Positions 7,820 to 18,149 of a stretch of 64,000 nt of DNA are shown one piece after another. The notes under the pieces were generated by a model. The model did no database searches and had not been told where the DNA came from. It saw only the letters and a list, made by a program, of their open reading frames with translations. Source of the DNA: a candidate division WOR-3 bacterium (lineage in GTDB: Bacteria; Hydrothermota; 32-111); assembly GCA_039804105.1 (NCBI GenBank), contig JBDRZU010000001.1, positions 192,001-256,000 on the forward strand, in the 5' to 3' direction. The position numbers were made by a program, and so were the translations under genes. How positions within the stretch are numbered: position 1 is the stretch's first letter; each line of letters opens with the position of its first letter.

Positions 7820-8641
7820 ATGTTCTTTTTAATTTTAAGTGTTGTTTCATCGGTAATAATAGGAAATCTTTTAAAGCTCTTTCAAAAAGATAAAGAATTT
7901 TCAATACTCTTGATACTTCTTTCAAACTATTTTATAGCAACCTTTATAAGTGTTCTTCAGTTAAATGTGTCAAATTTAACTTTTAATTTTTATGATATAA
8001 TACTTGCGATCTTTGTTGGAGTGCTCTATTTTATAAATTTTTTAATTTACAATAAAAATGTAAAAGAAAATGGTATATCTTTGTCCATATCTGTTATGAG
8101 AGTTTCTCTTATTATACCTTTATTTCTTTCAGTTTTTCTTTTTAAAGAAGGTTTGACTATTAATTTGCTATTAGGATCATTTTTTATCATTCTTGCACTC
8201 CTTTTGATTGGAAAGTTGAAAGATAGAATAAACATATCATTATTATTTCTCTTATTTTTTAATACGGGGGTATCAGAATCCGGGTTTAAATTTTTTGACG
8301 CTTATGGCAAAATCAACAACTCCCTTTTTTTATCTATTCTTTTTTCATCAGCATTTATTGCTAATTTTCTTTTTTTTCTTATCGCAAAAGAAAGAATTAG
8401 TTTTAAAAATATACTTTATGGAATCATGATTGGAATCCCTAACCAATTCATGTCATTTTTTTTTCTTAAATCTTTAAAATATATTCCTGCATCAATGGCG
8501 TATCCATTTCTTGGTGGAGGTGTTGTGTTGGGAGGTATTTTTACTGATATGATATTTTGGAAACTAAAACCATCTTTTAAACAGAATATTATTTTGATTT
8601 TACTTCTTTTTGGAGTAATCTTTCTCAATTTAAAACCTTAA
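7820..8641 (+). CDS. DMT/EamA-family transporter
   Basis: About 10 TM segments in two repeats, LSVFLFKE signature. Confidence 0.8.
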   Translation: MFFLILSVVSSVIIGNLLKLFQKDKEFSILLILLSNYFIATFISVLQLNVSNLTFNFYDIILAIFVGVLYFINFLIYNKNVKENGISLSISVMRVSLIIPLFLSVFLFKEGLTINLLLGSFFIILALLLIGKLKDRINISLLFLLFFNTGVSESGFKFFDAYGKINNSLFLSILFSSAFIANFLFFLIAKERISFKNILYGIMIGIPNQFMSFFFLKSLKYIPASMAYPFLGGGVVLGGIFTDMIFWKLKPSFKQNIILILLLFGVIFLNLKP

Positions 8642-8655
8642 AATTGAACTTAATA

Positions 8656-8683
8656 TTGACTAAAATTTTTAATGATTTAAAAT
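8656..8683 (+). promoter_or_regulatory. Promoter TTGACT-N16-TAAAAT, probably leaderless into nadE
   Basis: -10 ends 8 nt before ATG 8692; no SD. Confidence 0.6.
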
Positions 8684-8691
8684 AAAAAATT

Positions 8692-9498
8692 ATGGATAAA
8701 GAAAAAATTTTTAAAGAGATGATCACGAAAAATTGGGAAGAAATTTTAGAAACAATTTTAAAGGGTCTTAAAAAGGAATTTAAAAAAAGAAATTTTGAAA
8801 ATTGTGTTATAGGGCTTTCAGGAGGTATTGATTCCTCAGTAGTGCTTTCGATTCTTGTAAAAACCTTTGATAGAAAAAATATAAAACCTCTTTTTATGCC
8901 TTATAAAACGACTTCCCAAACTTCTTATGAAGATGTTGAAATTTTAGCAAAAAAATTTAACATCGAATATGAAACTGTAGAGATAACACCTCAGATTGAT
9001 GTGTATTTTAAAAATGAAAAAGAATCAACGGATGATTATATTTTGAAATTAAGAATTGGAAACAAATGTGCAAGGGAAAGGATGTCAGTACTTTTCGATA
9101 GAGCTCTCAAATATAAAGCACTTGTGATTGGAACGAGTAATAGATCTGAGATAATCATGGGTTATGGAACCATTTATGGAGATCTTGCCTGTTCAATCAA
9201 TCCTATTGGAAATCTTTTTAAGACACAGATTTTTGAATTTGCAAAATTTCTGGAAATACCTGAAAGGATAATCTTGAAAAAACCTTCTGCTGATCTCTGG
9301 GTTGGGCAGACAGATGAAGGTGAAATGGGAATAGATTACAAAACGATCGATATTATATCTTATCTATATTTTGATAAAAAGTTTCCTGTTGAAAAAATTG
9401 AAAGTTTTGGTATCGAAAAAGAAAAAATATTAAAAGTTATTTCAAATTTTGAAAAAAATAGATTCAAAAGGGAATTACCGAAAATTTTAAAAATATAA
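8692..9498 (+). CDS. nadE: NH3-dependent NAD+ synthetase
   Basis: GLSGGIDS, GNKCARERM, GYGTIYGD, KPSADLWVGQTDE. Confidence 0.95.
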   Translation: MDKEKIFKEMITKNWEEILETILKGLKKEFKKRNFENCVIGLSGGIDSSVVLSILVKTFDRKNIKPLFMPYKTTSQTSYEDVEILAKKFNIEYETVEITPQIDVYFKNEKESTDDYILKLRIGNKCARERMSVLFDRALKYKALVIGTSNRSEIIMGYGTIYGDLACSINPIGNLFKTQIFEFAKFLEIPERIILKKPSADLWVGQTDEGEMGIDYKTIDIISYLYFDKKFPVEKIESFGIEKEKILKVISNFEKNRFKRELPKILKI

Positions 9499-9509
9499 AA
9501 GGAGATTTT

Positions 9510-10151
9510 ATGGGGGAGAACAGTAAAATCGAAAGATTATTAAAAGATGGTGAGGTTCTTTTTAGAGAAGGTGAGATTGGAGATGAGATGTATTTGATAA
9601 AATCAGGAAAAATAAAGATTGTTCAAAAAATTGGAGATGAAATGAAAGTTCTTGCTGTGCTTTCAGAGGGAGATTTTTTTGGAGAGATGGCATTGATCGA
9701 TGGTAGTCCAAGATCAGCAACAGCGATAGCAGAAGGGGATACTGAACTGATAACTTTTGATAAGGTTGCTTTTAGAAAAAAAATTGGTGAAGAACCTTTG
9801 ATAGAATATATAATAACCGAGTTATCAAAAAGATTGAGAAGGGCTGATGAACAGATTAAATTTTTAATGATAAAGGGAGACGAAAAGAGATTGATCGCCT
9901 TTTTGATAATGAAAGCACAGGATGAAGGGATAAAACAGCAGGATGGAAGTTATCTTATAAATATCGACTTTAAATATGAAAACATTGCTCCACTAGTTGG
10001 AATGAGTGTTGATAAATTGAAAAGATTGATCGAGAATCTTGAAAAGTCAAATTTAATAAAGATTTATAACGATAAAATCATTATAAACAATTTAACAAAC
10101 CTCGAAGAGTATCTAAAATATGTTTCCTTAAAGGAGAAGTATGGAGAATAA
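9510..10151 (+). CDS. Crp/Fnr-family regulator
   Basis: cNMP-binding FFGEMALIDGSPRSATA plus C-terminal HTH. Confidence 0.9.
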   Translation: MGENSKIERLLKDGEVLFREGEIGDEMYLIKSGKIKIVQKIGDEMKVLAVLSEGDFFGEMALIDGSPRSATAIAEGDTELITFDKVAFRKKIGEEPLIEYIITELSKRLRRADEQIKFLMIKGDEKRLIAFLIMKAQDEGIKQQDGSYLINIDFKYENIAPLVGMSVDKLKRLIENLEKSNLIKIYNDKIIINNLTNLEEYLKYVSLKEKYGE

Positions 10152-11052
10152 AAAAAAGAAAGCTGGAGGACAAGCACTAATCGAAGGTGTTCTTATGATG
10201 TCAGAAAATGGATATGCTTTGAGTGTTAGAAAAAAGGATGGAAGCATAATAACCGAATCAAAACCTTTTCAAAAAACTGTTAAAAAGAATAGATATTTGA
10301 ATTTTTTCCCACTAAGGGGAATCATAACTTTCGTTGAAACATTAAAAATCGGTTTTGATAGTTTAAACAGAAGTGCTGATATTTATTATGACACAAAAGT
10401 TCAAGAGAAAAACAGCATAAAAAATTTTTTTGAAACTTTTTTTACTTTTTTTATTGCAATTTTTATAGGGTTTTTTCTTTTTCTGTATCTTCCGATCCAA
10501 ATTGTCCAGTTATTGAAAGTAGGTAATCAATTTTATTTTAATGTTTTAATAGGTTCTATAAGATTTATCTTCTTTATCATTTATCTGATTTTGATATCTC
10601 AGATAAAAGATATAAAAAGAATTTTTATGTACCATGGAGCCGAACACAAAACTGTTTTTGCGTATGAAAACGGTGATGAATTGACAGTTGAGAACGCAAA
10701 AAAATATTCAACAAAACATCCCCGTTGTGGAACAAGTTTTTTGTTTATAACTCTTGCGTTTGCAATAATTTTTTACTCTATTGTTGATACATTTGTTTTT
10801 TCTATTTTTAAAATAACAAATTCTCCTATAAACAGATTTTTGAATCATATTATCTTTTTACCAATTATTGCGACGATCTCTTATGAACTTCTTTTTCTTG
10901 CTGAGAAATTTTCAAATAATCTTTTAATAAAAATTCTCATATTTCCCGGTTTGCTTTTTCAATACATTACCACAAAAGAACCTACAGATGACATGTTAGA
11001 GGTATCAATAATTTCTTTAAAAGAATCTTTAAAATATGATCTTAAGGAGTGA
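10141..11052 (+). CDS. DUF1385 family membrane protein
   Basis: GGQALIEGVLM, YHGAEHK, HPRCGTSF, TTKEP; usual neighbour of prfA/prmC. Confidence 0.92.
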   Translation: MENKKKKAGGQALIEGVLMMSENGYALSVRKKDGSIITESKPFQKTVKKNRYLNFFPLRGIITFVETLKIGFDSLNRSADIYYDTKVQEKNSIKNFFETFFTFFIAIFIGFFLFLYLPIQIVQLLKVGNQFYFNVLIGSIRFIFFIIYLILISQIKDIKRIFMYHGAEHKTVFAYENGDELTVENAKKYSTKHPRCGTSFLFITLAFAIIFYSIVDTFVFSIFKITNSPINRFLNHIIFLPIIATISYELLFLAEKFSNNLLIKILIFPGLLFQYITTKEPTDDMLEVSIISLKESLKYDLKE

Positions 11053-11054
11053 GA

Positions 11055-12134
11055 ATGCTTAAGGAAGCTTTGGAGATAAAATTAAAAGAGTATAAAGAGA
11101 TGGAAAATATGCTTTCCGATCCTTCAATAGTTTCAGATAATAAAAAATACAAAGAAATTTCGAAAAGATATGCTGAAATGGGAGCACTCGTCCAGAAGAC
11201 AAATGAATATTATAAAACTCTTGAACAACTTGAAGAGAATTTACAACTATTAAAACAGGAAAAAGATATTGAAATGAAAGAATTGATAAACCAGGAAATT
11301 AAAGAAATCAATGAAAAAATAAATAGATTGGAAGATGAACTCAAAGTTCTGCTATTACCGAAAGATCCAGAGGATGAAAAAAATATTATCTTTGAAATAA
11401 GGGCTGGAACTGGTGGAGAAGAAGCTGCCCTTTTTGTTGCTGATCTTTACAGGATGTACAAACGGTATGCTGAAAGTAAAGGATATGTATTTGAACATAT
11501 AGATTTTCATCCAACAGAACTTGGGGGATATAAAGAGATGATATTTGCATTAAAAGGGAAAAATGCATATGGAAATTTTAAATTTGAAAGTGGTGTACAT
11601 CGCGTCCAGAGAATCCCTGAAACCGAAGCGAATGGCAGGATACATACATCAGCGGTAACTGTTGCTGTTTTACCTGAAGTTGAGGATGTTGAACTTGAAA
11701 TAAATGAAAAAGATTTAAGAATCGATATATTCCATTCATCAGGTGCTGGTGGACAGAATGTTAATAAGGTCGCTACTGCGGTAAGGATAACTCATTTGCC
11801 AACGAACACTGTTGTAGTTTGTCAGGATGAAAGGAGTCAACATAAGAATAGGGAAAAAGCGATGAGGATTCTCAAAGCACGCTTGTATGAAAAAATAATG
11901 AAAGAACAACAGGAAAAGATTTCTCAGAACAGAAAAAATCTTGTTGGAACTGGGGATAGATCAGAAAGAATAAGAACATACAACTTCCCTGAAAGAAGGG
12001 TAACAGATCATAGAATAAACTTAACTCTTTATAGATTGGAAGAGATACTCGATGGTAACCTTGATCTTCTGATTCAACCTTTAAAGGATGAGGATATGAG
12101 GATAAAACTGCAGGAGTTTTATGAGAAAGGTTAG
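11055..12134 (+). CDS. prfA: Peptide chain release factor 1
   Basis: EIRAGTGGEEA, HRVQRIPETE (PxT), GAGGQNVN. Confidence 0.97.
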   Translation: MLKEALEIKLKEYKEMENMLSDPSIVSDNKKYKEISKRYAEMGALVQKTNEYYKTLEQLEENLQLLKQEKDIEMKELINQEIKEINEKINRLEDELKVLLLPKDPEDEKNIIFEIRAGTGGEEAALFVADLYRMYKRYAESKGYVFEHIDFHPTELGGYKEMIFALKGKNAYGNFKFESGVHRVQRIPETEANGRIHTSAVTVAVLPEVEDVELEINEKDLRIDIFHSSGAGGQNVNKVATAVRITHLPTNTVVVCQDERSQHKNREKAMRILKARLYEKIMKEQQEKISQNRKNLVGTGDRSERIRTYNFPERRVTDHRINLTLYRLEEILDGNLDLLIQPLKDEDMRIKLQEFYEKG

Positions 12135-12996
12135 TGTCACCCCTAAAGATCTGATAACTGAATCGATTCTCATTTTAAAAAAGCATAAAATTAAGGAAGC
12201 TAAACTGAACGCTGAGCTCATAATGTCCCATTGTATGAATGGTGATCGGATATATCTTTATGAAAATTATAACAAAAGTTTAACGAAAATAGAGCAAAAT
12301 CTTTTTAGATCACTTATAAGAAGAAGAATTAAAAAGGAACCTGTGCAATACATAATTGGTAAAACTGAATTTATGGGACTTACTTTTAAAGTAAACAAAA
12401 ATGTGTTGATCCCGAGACCTGATACTGAAACTCTTGTTGAATTCGCTATAAAATATTCACTTGAAAATAAAAAAGATTCAAATTATAGAATTCTCGATTT
12501 TGGAACAGGAAGTGGAAATATAATAGTTTCTCTTGCAAAATATTCACCGAATTTAAAATATTATGCAATAGATCTTTCAAGAGGTGCATTGCTTATTGCA
12601 AAAGAAAATGCAAAAATAAATGGCGTTGATAAAGATATAATTTTCATTCAATCAAATGGATTTTCATCTTTAAACAGTAATTTTAAATATGATATGATAC
12701 TTTCAAATCCTCCCTATATACCAACTTCGGTTATTTTAAAACTTCCAGAAGAGATAAGATTTTATGAACCTGTTATTTCTCTCGATGGTGGTGATGATGG
12801 ATTAAAAATCATTAGAATAATTGTAAACTCTGCCTATAAATATCTTAAGAAGGAAGGTGTTTGTCTTATAGAAATCGGATACGATCAGAGTGAACAGGTA
12901 GAAAAATTGGTAAAAGAAACCAGAAAATATAAAGATGTAAAATTTTTAAAAGATCTCTCAGGAATAAAGAGAGTTATATTTTTTAAAAAAATATGA
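12121..12996 (+). CDS. prmC: Release factor glutamine methyltransferase
   Basis: VLIPRPDTE, DFGTGSG, SNPPY; follows prfA. Confidence 0.96.
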   Translation: MRKVSVTPKDLITESILILKKHKIKEAKLNAELIMSHCMNGDRIYLYENYNKSLTKIEQNLFRSLIRRRIKKEPVQYIIGKTEFMGLTFKVNKNVLIPRPDTETLVEFAIKYSLENKKDSNYRILDFGTGSGNIIVSLAKYSPNLKYYAIDLSRGALLIAKENAKINGVDKDIIFIQSNGFSSLNSNFKYDMILSNPPYIPTSVILKLPEEIRFYEPVISLDGGDDGLKIIRIIVNSAYKYLKKEGVCLIEIGYDQSEQVEKLVKETRKYKDVKFLKDLSGIKRVIFFKKI

Positions 12997-13805
12997 AAAG
13001 GATATTCTATTTTTTGAATGAGGAAAAGAGAGGTTGTGCGCAAGCACTCGATAGATTAAAAAGATGGTGCAATTATAACAGGGTGGATGTTTACCCTATT
13101 GAGACTTTAAAAATTTTTAAAGGTAATCTTAAAGATTCTTTTGTTATTTCATTTGGTGGTGATGGAACCATGCTATCTGCAGCAAAAACAGCTATTTTAT
13201 ATTCCCTTCCAGTTATGGGAGTTAACCTTGGTTCCCTTGGATTTCTTTCAAATATAAGAGAAAGCGAACTTGAAAAACGTCTTGATATGGTAAAAAGTAA
13301 AAATTATTTTATACAGTTATGTAACCTTCTTTCAACAAAAATTAAAAATACTTTTCTTACCGGCCTTAACGATATAGTTATGAAATCAGAGGATATTCAT
13401 CGAATGATAAAAATAAAAGTACTTGTAGATAATAAAGAGATCTCCACAATATCTGCTGATGGGGTTATTGTTTCAACTCCACTCGGCTCAACTGCATACT
13501 CACTTGCTGCTGGTGGGCCAATCGTTTATCCTGATATAGATGCATTCATTATTACACCAATATGTCCACATTTGCTTGTTCAAAGACCAATAATTGTAAA
13601 AAGTTCATCAAAAATAACGCTTATTCCAATTTCTAAAAATGCTATAATCTCTGCTGATTCTCAAAAAGTAATAAAGATTTCGGAAAATCAAAAAGTTATT
13701 CTTTCAAACTATTCAGAAAAAATAAAAATCATTAAATTTGATGATTTTGACCTTTTTGATATTTTGAAAGAAAAATTCCATCTTGGAAAGGATCCGAGAA
13801 TATGA
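12993..13805 (+). CDS. nadK: NAD kinase
   Basis: GGDGTML, NLGSLGFL, STPLGSTAYSLAAGGP. Confidence 0.95.
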   Translation: MKRIFYFLNEEKRGCAQALDRLKRWCNYNRVDVYPIETLKIFKGNLKDSFVISFGGDGTMLSAAKTAILYSLPVMGVNLGSLGFLSNIRESELEKRLDMVKSKNYFIQLCNLLSTKIKNTFLTGLNDIVMKSEDIHRMIKIKVLVDNKEISTISADGVIVSTPLGSTAYSLAAGGPIVYPDIDAFIITPICPHLLVQRPIIVKSSSKITLIPISKNAIISADSQKVIKISENQKVILSNYSEKIKIIKFDDFDLFDILKEKFHLGKDPRI

Positions 13806-15439
13806 TACGAGAATTGATTATTGAAAATCTCTTATTTTTTGAGGATAACAGAATTGAATTCAAAAAAGGTTTCAATGTTATAACAGGTGAAACTGGTGCA
13901 GGGAAAACTGTTCTTGTGAATACTCTTTTAAATCTTATTGGTGAAAAAATAGATCTTACACTTCGTAACAAAAATCAAGATGCTTCAATCACTGGAGTTT
14001 TTGAAATTTCTGATGAAATATCGGAAGAATTGAAAAATATAGATATATATGTTGAAGATGAACTTATAATCAGAAAGGTTATAAAACCCAACAATAAGAA
14101 TACAATCTATTTGAATGATTCTGTAATAAGTTCAGCAACTTTAAAAAAAATAGGCATACTTCTCTTCGATCTACATGGCCAATATGATCATCAACTTCTT
14201 TTGAAAAAGGATAATCATATTAAAATTATCGATAGAATTTCAGATACTGAAGATACACTATCAGAATTTATTGCAAAGTACAGGGAATACAATGAACTGT
14301 TAAAAAAATTCAACTACTTAAAAGAGCAACTTGATACATTTCTAAAAGAAAAAGAATTTTATGAATTTGCTCTTAAAGAATTTGAAGAAATCGATATAGA
14401 AAAAATCGATGAGGTAAAACTTAAAGATTCATTATCCGAAATGGAAAACTTTGAAAATATCAAAGAAAAAATCGATTATTCTTTAAAATTGTTGGAAGAG
14501 AATGAAATAAATATAAATCTGCTTTTGTCAGATCTTAGGAAAAGTCTTAAAGAGATCTCAAATAAAAGTTCAAAAATTTCAAAAATCACAGAAAGTGTTG
14601 ACCTTATAATTGAATATGTTTCAGATATTTATAAAGAACTTTATAATTATGGAGAAACTTTATCCTATGATAGAAATGAACTTGAAAATCTAAGAAATAC
14701 CTATGATAAACTTGAGAGTTTAAAAAGAAAATATAACAGAGATCTTGTTGGTTTGATAAAGTTTAAAGAAGAAATTTATTCTAAGTTAAAGATAGCAGAG
14801 GATCCTGAGGGAGAATTGAAAATTCAAGAAAATATGTTGATCGAGGTAAAAAAACAACTTGATGAGTTGGGGCTAATACTTCACAAAAAAAGAGTTAGAG
14901 GTTCAAAAAAATTTGAGGAGTATGTAAATGAATGTTTGAAAAATTTGAATATGAAGGATACTAAACTTAATATAAAGATTGATTTTTCTTTAAAAAACTT
15001 TAATGAAATGGGTTATGATGATGTAGAGTTTTTTATAGCCAACAGATTCAATGAAGAAGGACAACCGTTGAAAAAAATTGCTTCTGGAGGAGAAATATCA
15101 AGGATTATGTTAAGTATTAAAGATTATTTGAGAAAAAAAGATCCTGTTATGACCATGATTTTTGATGAAATTGATATTGGAATAAGTGGAGATACAGCAA
15201 CAAAGGTTGCAGAACTTATGAAAAACATTTCTAAATTCAAACAGATTATCACCATCACTCATCTTCCCCAGATAGCAGCAAAAGCTGATAATCATATTTT
15301 TGTTTCAAAAGATAACAAGAGCATAAAAGTTAAAGAACTTAACGATGAGGAAAGAGTTAAAGAAATAGCAAGATTACTTGGAAGTTCTGAATCATATGAA
15401 ACAGCGTTAAAGCATGCTAAAGCTCTCTTGAAAAAATGA
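13802..15439 (+). CDS. recN: DNA repair protein RecN
   Basis: TGETGAGKT, HGQYD, ASGGEISR, IFDEIDIG, ITHLPQIAA. Confidence 0.96.
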   Translation: MIRELIIENLLFFEDNRIEFKKGFNVITGETGAGKTVLVNTLLNLIGEKIDLTLRNKNQDASITGVFEISDEISEELKNIDIYVEDELIIRKVIKPNNKNTIYLNDSVISSATLKKIGILLFDLHGQYDHQLLLKKDNHIKIIDRISDTEDTLSEFIAKYREYNELLKKFNYLKEQLDTFLKEKEFYEFALKEFEEIDIEKIDEVKLKDSLSEMENFENIKEKIDYSLKLLEENEININLLLSDLRKSLKEISNKSSKISKITESVDLIIEYVSDIYKELYNYGETLSYDRNELENLRNTYDKLESLKRKYNRDLVGLIKFKEEIYSKLKIAEDPEGELKIQENMLIEVKKQLDELGLILHKKRVRGSKKFEEYVNECLKNLNMKDTKLNIKIDFSLKNFNEMGYDDVEFFIANRFNEEGQPLKKIASGGEISRIMLSIKDYLRKKDPVMTMIFDEIDIGISGDTATKVAELMKNISKFKQIITITHLPQIAAKADNHIFVSKDNKSIKVKELNDEERVKEIARLLGSSESYETALKHAKALLKK

Positions 15440-16062
15440 TACTTTCGATTTTTGTATATTCAACAATATTTTTTTATTCCTTTTGTTATGGGGTTTTTAT
15501 CTTTGCTAATAAAGATTTTTCCTTTTACTTTGTTACCGGTCATTATAATTTTATAGTTGGATTTTTACTGTATCTTATCATAAGATTTTTTTTTAAACCG
15601 TTGAAAGAAAATATAAGTTTTTTTGAAACTTTTCAACATGAATTGACACACATGTTTTTTGCATTTATTACCTTTAAAAATATTTATTCATTTAAAGCAT
15701 CATCTAAAAGTGGTGGACTGATAAAAACAGAAAAAATTAATCCTATTGTTGCACTCTCTCCTTATACGATACCTTTGTTTTCCAGTTTTTTTATAATACT
15801 CACATTTTTTATAAAAGAAAGATATTTGAATTTTCTTTTTTTCTTTTCCGGGTTCTTTTTTTCCCAATTTGTTTCTGCAACACTCAAGGACATCTTGTTT
15901 GTTAAGCAACCCGATCTTGAGAGGTATCCTGTAATTTCTTACCTTATCATTCTCGTTTCAATATTTTTCTTTATCTTTTTTTTCTATCTGTTTATTATTT
16001 ATGGAATCAATCTTTTTATTATAGTTCCTAAATCTACTTTTTATATTTTATTTTCAAAATGA
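15436..16062 (+). CDS. Membrane metallopeptidase, M50B-like
   Basis: HELTH motif, ALSPY, distal Asp (QPDL), hydrophobic. Confidence 0.65.
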   Translation: MILSIFVYSTIFFYSFCYGVFIFANKDFSFYFVTGHYNFIVGFLLYLIIRFFFKPLKENISFFETFQHELTHMFFAFITFKNIYSFKASSKSGGLIKTEKINPIVALSPYTIPLFSSFFIILTFFIKERYLNFLFFFSGFFFSQFVSATLKDILFVKQPDLERYPVISYLIILVSIFFFIFFFYLFIIYGINLFIIVPKSTFYILFSK

Positions 16063-18140
16063 AAATTGTAAAAGTACTTTTACCTGTTGATATAGATAAA
16101 ACATTTGATTATTGTTTTCCAAAAGATTCAAATGTGAATCTTTTTAAAGGGGATATAGTTCAGGTTGATTTTAGAAATAAAAAATATCTTGGATTGGTTT
16201 ATGGTTTTTCAGATCATAGTGAAATAAAAAATATTAAGTCGATCGAACAAAAGGTATATGATAAAGTTATCTCAGATAAGATATTTGAATTCATAGAATG
16301 GGCATCAAAATATTATTTCGTTTCAAAAGGATTGATTATAAAGAATTATTTACCATACAATATTTCGATACCAAGAAAATATGTTTGTGTCTCAAAAGAT
16401 TATGAATATATTGAACTATTTTATGAAACGAAAAAAAGGCCTCTATCGAAAAGTGAGGTTGAAAAAATAACAAAGGAGAAGATCGATTTTTTAATTCAAA
16501 GAAATATAGTGAAGGAAGATCTTTTTCCATACACTGAAGGGAATCATAATGAAAAGATTTTAACAGATGAACAGGAAAATGCTTTTTCAATTTTAAAAGA
16601 AACTTTTGATAAAGGAGTATTTAGAACATTTTTGCTATATGGTCAACCTGCAACAGGCAAAACTGAAGTATACATAAAATTTGTGAAATATGTTTTTGAG
16701 AATTCAAACAAACAGATTCTAATTTTGCTTCCTGAAATTGGCCTTGTTGAACAGATTTCCAAAATATTTTCGAAGTTGTTCGGTTCATTGAACATAGCAA
16801 AGATCCATTCAGAACTTTCAAAAGGTGAATTCAATTTTCTGTTTGAAAAAATAAATTCTCAACATAAAAGGATAATAATAGGAACAAGGTCTGCTATTTT
16901 TTTACCATTTAAAGATCTTGGTGCTGTAATAGTTGACGAGGAGCAAGATATCTCTTATAAACAGTATGATATGGCTCCATTCTATAATGCAAGGGACTGT
17001 TCAATATATCTAGGAAAACTTTTTTCTTCCCCGGTTCTACTTGTTTCTGCAACTCCATCTCTTGAAACCTATTACAATGTTTTGAATAAAAAATATGAAC
17101 TTTTAAAACTTGAAAACAGATTCCTTGGAACGGAAAAACCCGAAGTAAAAATTGTTTATAACGAGTATGATTGTAAAAAGATTTCTCAAATCGCAATAGA
17201 TGAGATATCAAATTCTCTTGACGATGGAGAACAGGTTATAGTTTTTCTTAATCGAAGAGGTTATTTGAATCTTTACAGATGTGTTGATTGTGGAGAGTAT
17301 TTCAAATGTGAAAATTGTTCGGTTTCATACTCTTTTCATAAATCCACCAATCGTTTTATTTGTCATTACTGTCTTGATGAAAAACCATTTGATTCAAAAT
17401 GTAAAATTTGCGGTGGCAAGTTGATCTCTGCAGGAATTTGGGGGACTGAGATGGTTGAGACGATTTTTAGAAAAATATATAAAGATAGAATAATAGAAAG
17501 ATTTGATATCGATTCAACATCAAGAAAAGGTGAAAGGAACAGAATAATCGAAAATTTTATCAATCATAAAATTGATATACTTGTCGGAACACAGATGGTT
17601 TCAAAAGGTTATGATGTTCCAAATGTTTCAACTGTTCTCATTTTAAATTTCGATTCTACAATAAATCTTCCAGATATAAGGAGTATGGAAAGGTTTATGC
17701 AACTTCTGATACAGACCTCTGGAAGAGCCGGTAGAAGGGAAAAACGAGGGAAGATAATAATTGAAACCGCTATAAAAAATCAACAGATTTTTGATATAAT
17801 TCAGAATCTTGATTATCAAAAGTTTCTTGATGTTGAGATCGAAAAAAGAAAGGAACGAAATTTCCCTCCTTACAAAAGAGTATTAAAGATAAGCCATAAA
17901 AATAAAAACAGAGAAGATGCATGGAAAAACATTAAAAAGATATATGATATTCTAACACATAACAATTCTTATAGTGATATAAAGATTTTCCCACCAGGTT
18001 TTAATTTCATCGAAAAAATTAAAAATCATTATAGAACCGAAATATTTATATTCTATAAAGATTTTAAAAATGTCCATAAACTTTGCGAAAAGTTAAAAAA
18101 TGTAAAGATTGAATTTTACATAGATAATGATTATTTATAG
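16059..18140 (+). CDS. priA: Primosomal protein N' helicase
   Basis: GQPATGKTEVY, DEEQD, SATPS, LNRRGY, four CxxC, GTQMVSKG, GRAGR. Confidence 0.95.
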   Translation: MKIVKVLLPVDIDKTFDYCFPKDSNVNLFKGDIVQVDFRNKKYLGLVYGFSDHSEIKNIKSIEQKVYDKVISDKIFEFIEWASKYYFVSKGLIIKNYLPYNISIPRKYVCVSKDYEYIELFYETKKRPLSKSEVEKITKEKIDFLIQRNIVKEDLFPYTEGNHNEKILTDEQENAFSILKETFDKGVFRTFLLYGQPATGKTEVYIKFVKYVFENSNKQILILLPEIGLVEQISKIFSKLFGSLNIAKIHSELSKGEFNFLFEKINSQHKRIIIGTRSAIFLPFKDLGAVIVDEEQDISYKQYDMAPFYNARDCSIYLGKLFSSPVLLVSATPSLETYYNVLNKKYELLKLENRFLGTEKPEVKIVYNEYDCKKISQIAIDEISNSLDDGEQVIVFLNRRGYLNLYRCVDCGEYFKCENCSVSYSFHKSTNRFICHYCLDEKPFDSKCKICGGKLISAGIWGTEMVETIFRKIYKDRIIERFDIDSTSRKGERNRIIENFINHKIDILVGTQMVSKGYDVPNVSTVLILNFDSTINLPDIRSMERFMQLLIQTSGRAGRREKRGKIIIETAIKNQQIFDIIQNLDYQKFLDVEIEKRKERNFPPYKRVLKISHKNKNREDAWKNIKKIYDILTHNNSYSDIKIFPPGFNFIEKIKNHYRTEIFIFYKDFKNVHKLCEKLKNVKIEFYIDNDYL

Positions 18141-18149
18141 GAGTATACT

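Noticed and set aside
16059..18140. PriA DEEQ instead of DEEH
   Set aside because: All other helicase motifs and zinc ligands are intact; probably a tolerated variant.
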